From Myxococcota bacterium (GTDB taxonomy: Bacteria > Myxococcota_A > UBA9042 > PHBI01 > JAWLBL01): a stretch of 64,000 bases of DNA. Within the stretch, counting starts at the first letter, position 1; each line of letters starts with the position of its first letter. The translations under genes were made by a program, and so were the position numbers. Below are positions 62,533-64,000 of the stretch, piece by piece. The stretch is from assembly GCA_041687695.1 (NCBI GenBank), contig JAWLBL010000035.1:15693-79692 (forward strand). Direction: 5' to 3'. Under the pieces are notes generated by a model. It saw only the letters and a list, made by a program, of their open reading frames with translations, was not told the DNA's origin and ran no database searches.

Positions 62533-63246
62533 CTACAGGACCTCGATGACGATGGTCTTGCGAATGCACCGCAGCGAGACACCGCCCTCGTAGTGCATGG
62601 TCGGGTCCCATCCCTGCATCAGCGGCACGATGGGCGCCACCCTGGGCGAGGCCCCCGGCGTCAGGTCGCCGACCTGGATGCTGCCGTCCGACGCGCGGAC
62701 GAAGACCTGCAGCCCGAAGTAGAAGCTCGAGCCCCAGCCGCCCACGCCGCTGGCGTCCGTCAGCGTCTGCGCCATGAAGGCCAGCTCGTCCTCGCTGAAG
62801 CCCTCGACGTCGGCCTGCGTCGGCAGCGTCCAGTCGGGCCCCAGCACCTCGCCGCAGATGTCGACGTCGTCGACCAGCTGCGGGATCCAATAGGGCTTGG
62901 CCGTGTACTTCACATAGCCGCACTCGGCGACCGCCCCATAGTTCAGCGCCAGCTGCGTCGGCGTCAGCGCCTCGCTGCCCGGCCCCAGCAGCGTGATGCT
63001 CGGATAGTCCTCGGCGCACTCCAGCAGCAGCTCCTCGTAGACCAGCGCCGAGTCGACGGCCAACGCCCGCTGCGCCTCGGGATCGCTGGGATAGTTCGCC
63101 CCCTGCCCGGCGTACATCACCAGCACGTTCGGCAAGATCGGCGCCGTCAGCTCGACGACCTCGGACTTGCCCCCCTCGGCCCACCCCACGCCCGGCGCCC
63201 CCATCGACGCCGCCGCGACCGCCATCCCCATCAGCATCGTCTTCAC
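62533..63246 (-). CDS. secreted hypothetical protein
   Basis: Signal-like N-terminus, W.LPT and terminal LRCIR motifs reminiscent of C-type-lectin-like folds. Confidence 0.65.
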   Translation of the reverse strand: MKTMLMGMAVAAASMGAPGVGWAEGGKSEVVELTAPILPNVLVMYAGQGANYPSDPEAQRALAVDSALVYEELLLECAEDYPSITLLGPGSEALTPTQLALNYGAVAECGYVKYTAKPYWIPQLVDDVDICGEVLGPDWTLPTQADVEGFSEDELAFMAQTLTDASGVGGWGSSFYFGLQVFVRASDGSIQVGDLTPGASPRVAPIVPLMQGWDPTMHYEGGVSLRCIRKTIVIEVL

Positions 63247-63488
63247 GGCAACCTCCGCTTGATCGAGATCGAGCCGTCATACTGCAGCCCACCCTCGAGG
63301 ACACCCGCCCCAGGCGCCTCGACCTCGCTCCCGCTCCCGGGCTCCTCGACCGCCTGCCCACCGGACCCCTGCACCGCCCCATCCTGCTCCGGCGCCTGCG
63401 TCACCGGAGGCCCGGCCGACCCCGCCGCCTGCTCACACCCCGCGAGCCCCACCAGCAGGCCCACCACCAACCCGTACCGCATCCCCAT
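63243..63488 (-). CDS. small hypothetical lipoprotein
   Basis: Lipobox LAGC, low-complexity body; GTGA overlap with the downstream gene. Confidence 0.55.
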   Translation of the reverse strand: MGMRYGLVVGLLVGLAGCEQAAGSAGPPVTQAPEQDGAVQGSGGQAVEEPGSGSEVEAPGAGVLEGGLQYDGSISIKRRLP

Positions 63489-63844
63489 CACCGTCACCTC
63501 CGCTCAGCCCAAGGGCCGCATCCTACCGGCGACCTCCGGTCTACACAACGCGCGAGCCGGGCCCCATCGAAACCCTCGTCCTCACGCCCACGCCTCGCCT
63601 TTATGACACCGCGACGCAACACGCGCCCCCGCCTCGGCCCCAGGCCCGAGGTGCTCCTCCCTCAGTCGCCCGAATACCGGACTGCACGAGCTCGCTCGTG
63701 CTCCGGCGTAGCGCGGCTCGCCGCGCTGAATGCGAGGCGTGGCGAGCCCGACCGAGGCTCTGCGGTCGACTGCTTCTACAGCCCGCCCTACATGCTCGAG
63801 GCCCTTCACCGCGACGTGCTGGGCGACGACGGCGACGGGGAGGG

Positions 63845-63907
63845 CCCAGCATGGGCGCCTTCCTGCCCGTCCCCGGCCAGGCGGTCTACGGCGCGACCAA
63901 GGCGTAA
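63845..63907 (+). pseudogene. short remnant of an SDR-family oxidoreductase
   Basis: SMGAFLPVPGQAVYGATKA-stop has the SDR S...YxxxK catalytic segment but no Rossmann N-terminus. Confidence 0.5.
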
Positions 63908-64000
63908 CCGTCCGATATCAGGTGTCCCTCAATCCCCTTGCGCGCTTGTTGCCACAGGTCTAAGGGTCGGGCGGTGGTCGCGGCTTCCAGTTGTGGGGTA

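Noticed and set aside
62533..63488. Frameshifted single gene made of the two terminal minus-strand ORFs
   Set aside because: The GTGA stop/start overlap, an upstream GGAGG and a separate signal peptide in the second ORF favour two coupled genes.
63955..64000. Possible IS terminal repeat at the window end
   Set aside because: No partner repeat or transposase is visible within the window.

Overview
Very GC-rich bacterial DNA with hallmarks of Myxococcota (cysteine-rich DUF4215-type repeat proteins, many Cys-rich lipoproteins, several sigma54 promoters and enhancer-binding proteins). No rRNA, tRNA, CRISPR array or intact transposase was seen. From left to right: (i) a partial DUF3857/transglutaminase/TPR gene missing from the ORF track, a hydrolase, and an EamA/MocR pair; (ii) envelope proteins, a cytochrome c, and a candidate sigma54-driven small RNA with three C/U-loop hairpins; (iii) a ~19 kb putative O2/hypoxia-sensing island (sugar-phosphate nucleotidyltransferase, beta-CASP MBL hydrolase, P-type ATPase, FtsH, globin-coupled kinase, globin-RsbR/RsbS/RsbT/phosphatase stressosome, three more kinases, NtrC-type activator, receiver protein, two USPs) whose three sigma54 promoters share paired GTG-N8-CAC upstream boxes; (iv) a Sel1 protein, a tandem pair of RlaP/YcgL-like nucleotidyltransferases, a second sigma54 regulator, two putative outer-membrane proteins, LuxR and a macrodomain fusion; (v) a ~18 kb stretch of large surface/secreted lipoproteins; (vi) a repeat-preceded, translationally coupled DUF3800-like nuclease / divergent sigma-like / unknown protein operon in DNA that becomes visibly less GC-rich, a candidate conflict or defence module. 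All product calls come from motifs read by eye, not from database searches, and several start codons were re-picked downstream of the ORF-track starts.
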